From NCBI RefSeq assembly GCF_006345805.1, contig NC_043001.1, positions 59,582,001 through 59,646,000 on the forward strand: a stretch of 64,000 nucleotides of DNA, in the 5' to 3' direction. The notes under the pieces were generated by a model. The model ran no database searches. It was given only the letters and a program-made list of their open reading frames with translations, and was not told where the DNA came from. Source of the stretch: Octopus sinensis. Lineage: Eukaryota. Each line of letters starts with the position of its first letter. Within the stretch, counting starts at the first letter, position 1. Positions 62,997 through 64,000 of this stretch are shown in pieces. A program made the translations under genes and the position numbers.

Positions 62997-64000
62997 GAGA
63001 TATGGATAAACATTCAAAATCGTTATGTATATTGTTATGCATATGCGATTGAGACTGTGTGTGTACCTGCAGACAAAATATAATAATATTATAGATAGAG
63101 TAAAGCCCTACATCCTTATTATATGCATTCTTTGTGCATTTTACACATAGACCGAATTGAACTGAGAAATGTGTTTTTGGAAATCCCTGTATGGAAATTA
63201 TGACAGCTGCATGTATATACGATACAAATCATACACTTCTCATTCACTGACACATTAGGTTGCATGTATATAAACACTCAATCTCTCTCTCTTTCTCATT
63301 CTCTTACTTTCATTCTTTCTTTCTCTCTCTCTCAGTCTGTCTGTCCCTCTCTCTCTCTCACACACACATATGGATACATCTCTAGCATGCTATTTCTCTA
63401 TTTATGTATCTATCAATCAACTTATCTATCCACCTGTTTATCTCTATATGTGTGCGTTCCTGTATGTGTGTGTTTCTGTATGTGTGCGTGTGCGCATGGA
63501 TATATGTGTGCATATCTAACATTCTGCCGCTCTCTGTATATGTGAACCCTCGCAAATGACACCAGTTTATACATACGGTAAGGAATGGATACCCGCCTGT
63601 ACATATTTCAAATTCCTTAAGTGATGATAATTATTCACTGTAAACCATCTGTGCCATCTCTGATTCGATAGATCTGCTTGGAGCTGTTTTATTGCACATC
63701 GTTCTTTTTTCAATGGTTTCTTTAACCAAAATGTTTCGCTTTTCGTTTATAATTTTGGAAGTAAAAACACTCTTGGTGGAACTTTTTGTTAAATTTAATA
63801 CTTTGTATCTCTTTGAATTGTTCCTTATCGACTGTCTTTCCATATCTCTTAATCGTTCATATTTGTCTAAATTTCATGGTTCCTCTTTTTTTACCGTCTA
63901 TGTATACAACATCCAGATGTCTAGTTTTCCGATTATTTGTTTTCCTCAAATAATATATGTATATACATATACATACACACACACACACCACACACACACA

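Overview
This is AT-rich eukaryotic (animal) genomic DNA, not prokaryotic. The SINE families resemble those I recall from octopus, so a coleoid cephalopod is inferred. Most of the window is microsatellites and decayed transposons: at least four Penelope-like element (PLE) fragments, three RTE LINE pieces, an R4/Dong-like RLE retroelement ending in a (TAA)n tract, an L1/Tx1-like remnant, mariner remnants and MITEs, and many SINEs. Almost all of the supplied six-frame ORFs are microsatellite or TE artefacts. Reading splice signals by eye gives one probable multi-exon minus-strand gene starting at ATG 22139. I cannot name it, its third exon is anomalous, and it sits at the edge of a CpG-depleted domain at about 9.7-21.2 kb. 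The most notable RNA features are two type I hammerhead ribozymes with intact cores inside a 202-bp inverted repeat (36.2-37.1 kb), a degenerate hammerhead 3' of a Naiad-like PLE, and a ~170-bp tandem dimer with hammerhead-like 3' halves. There is also a near-perfect 1512-bp tandem duplication bounded by (AT)n tracts. No rRNA, true tRNA gene or CRISPR array was found. All calls were made by eye without database searches.
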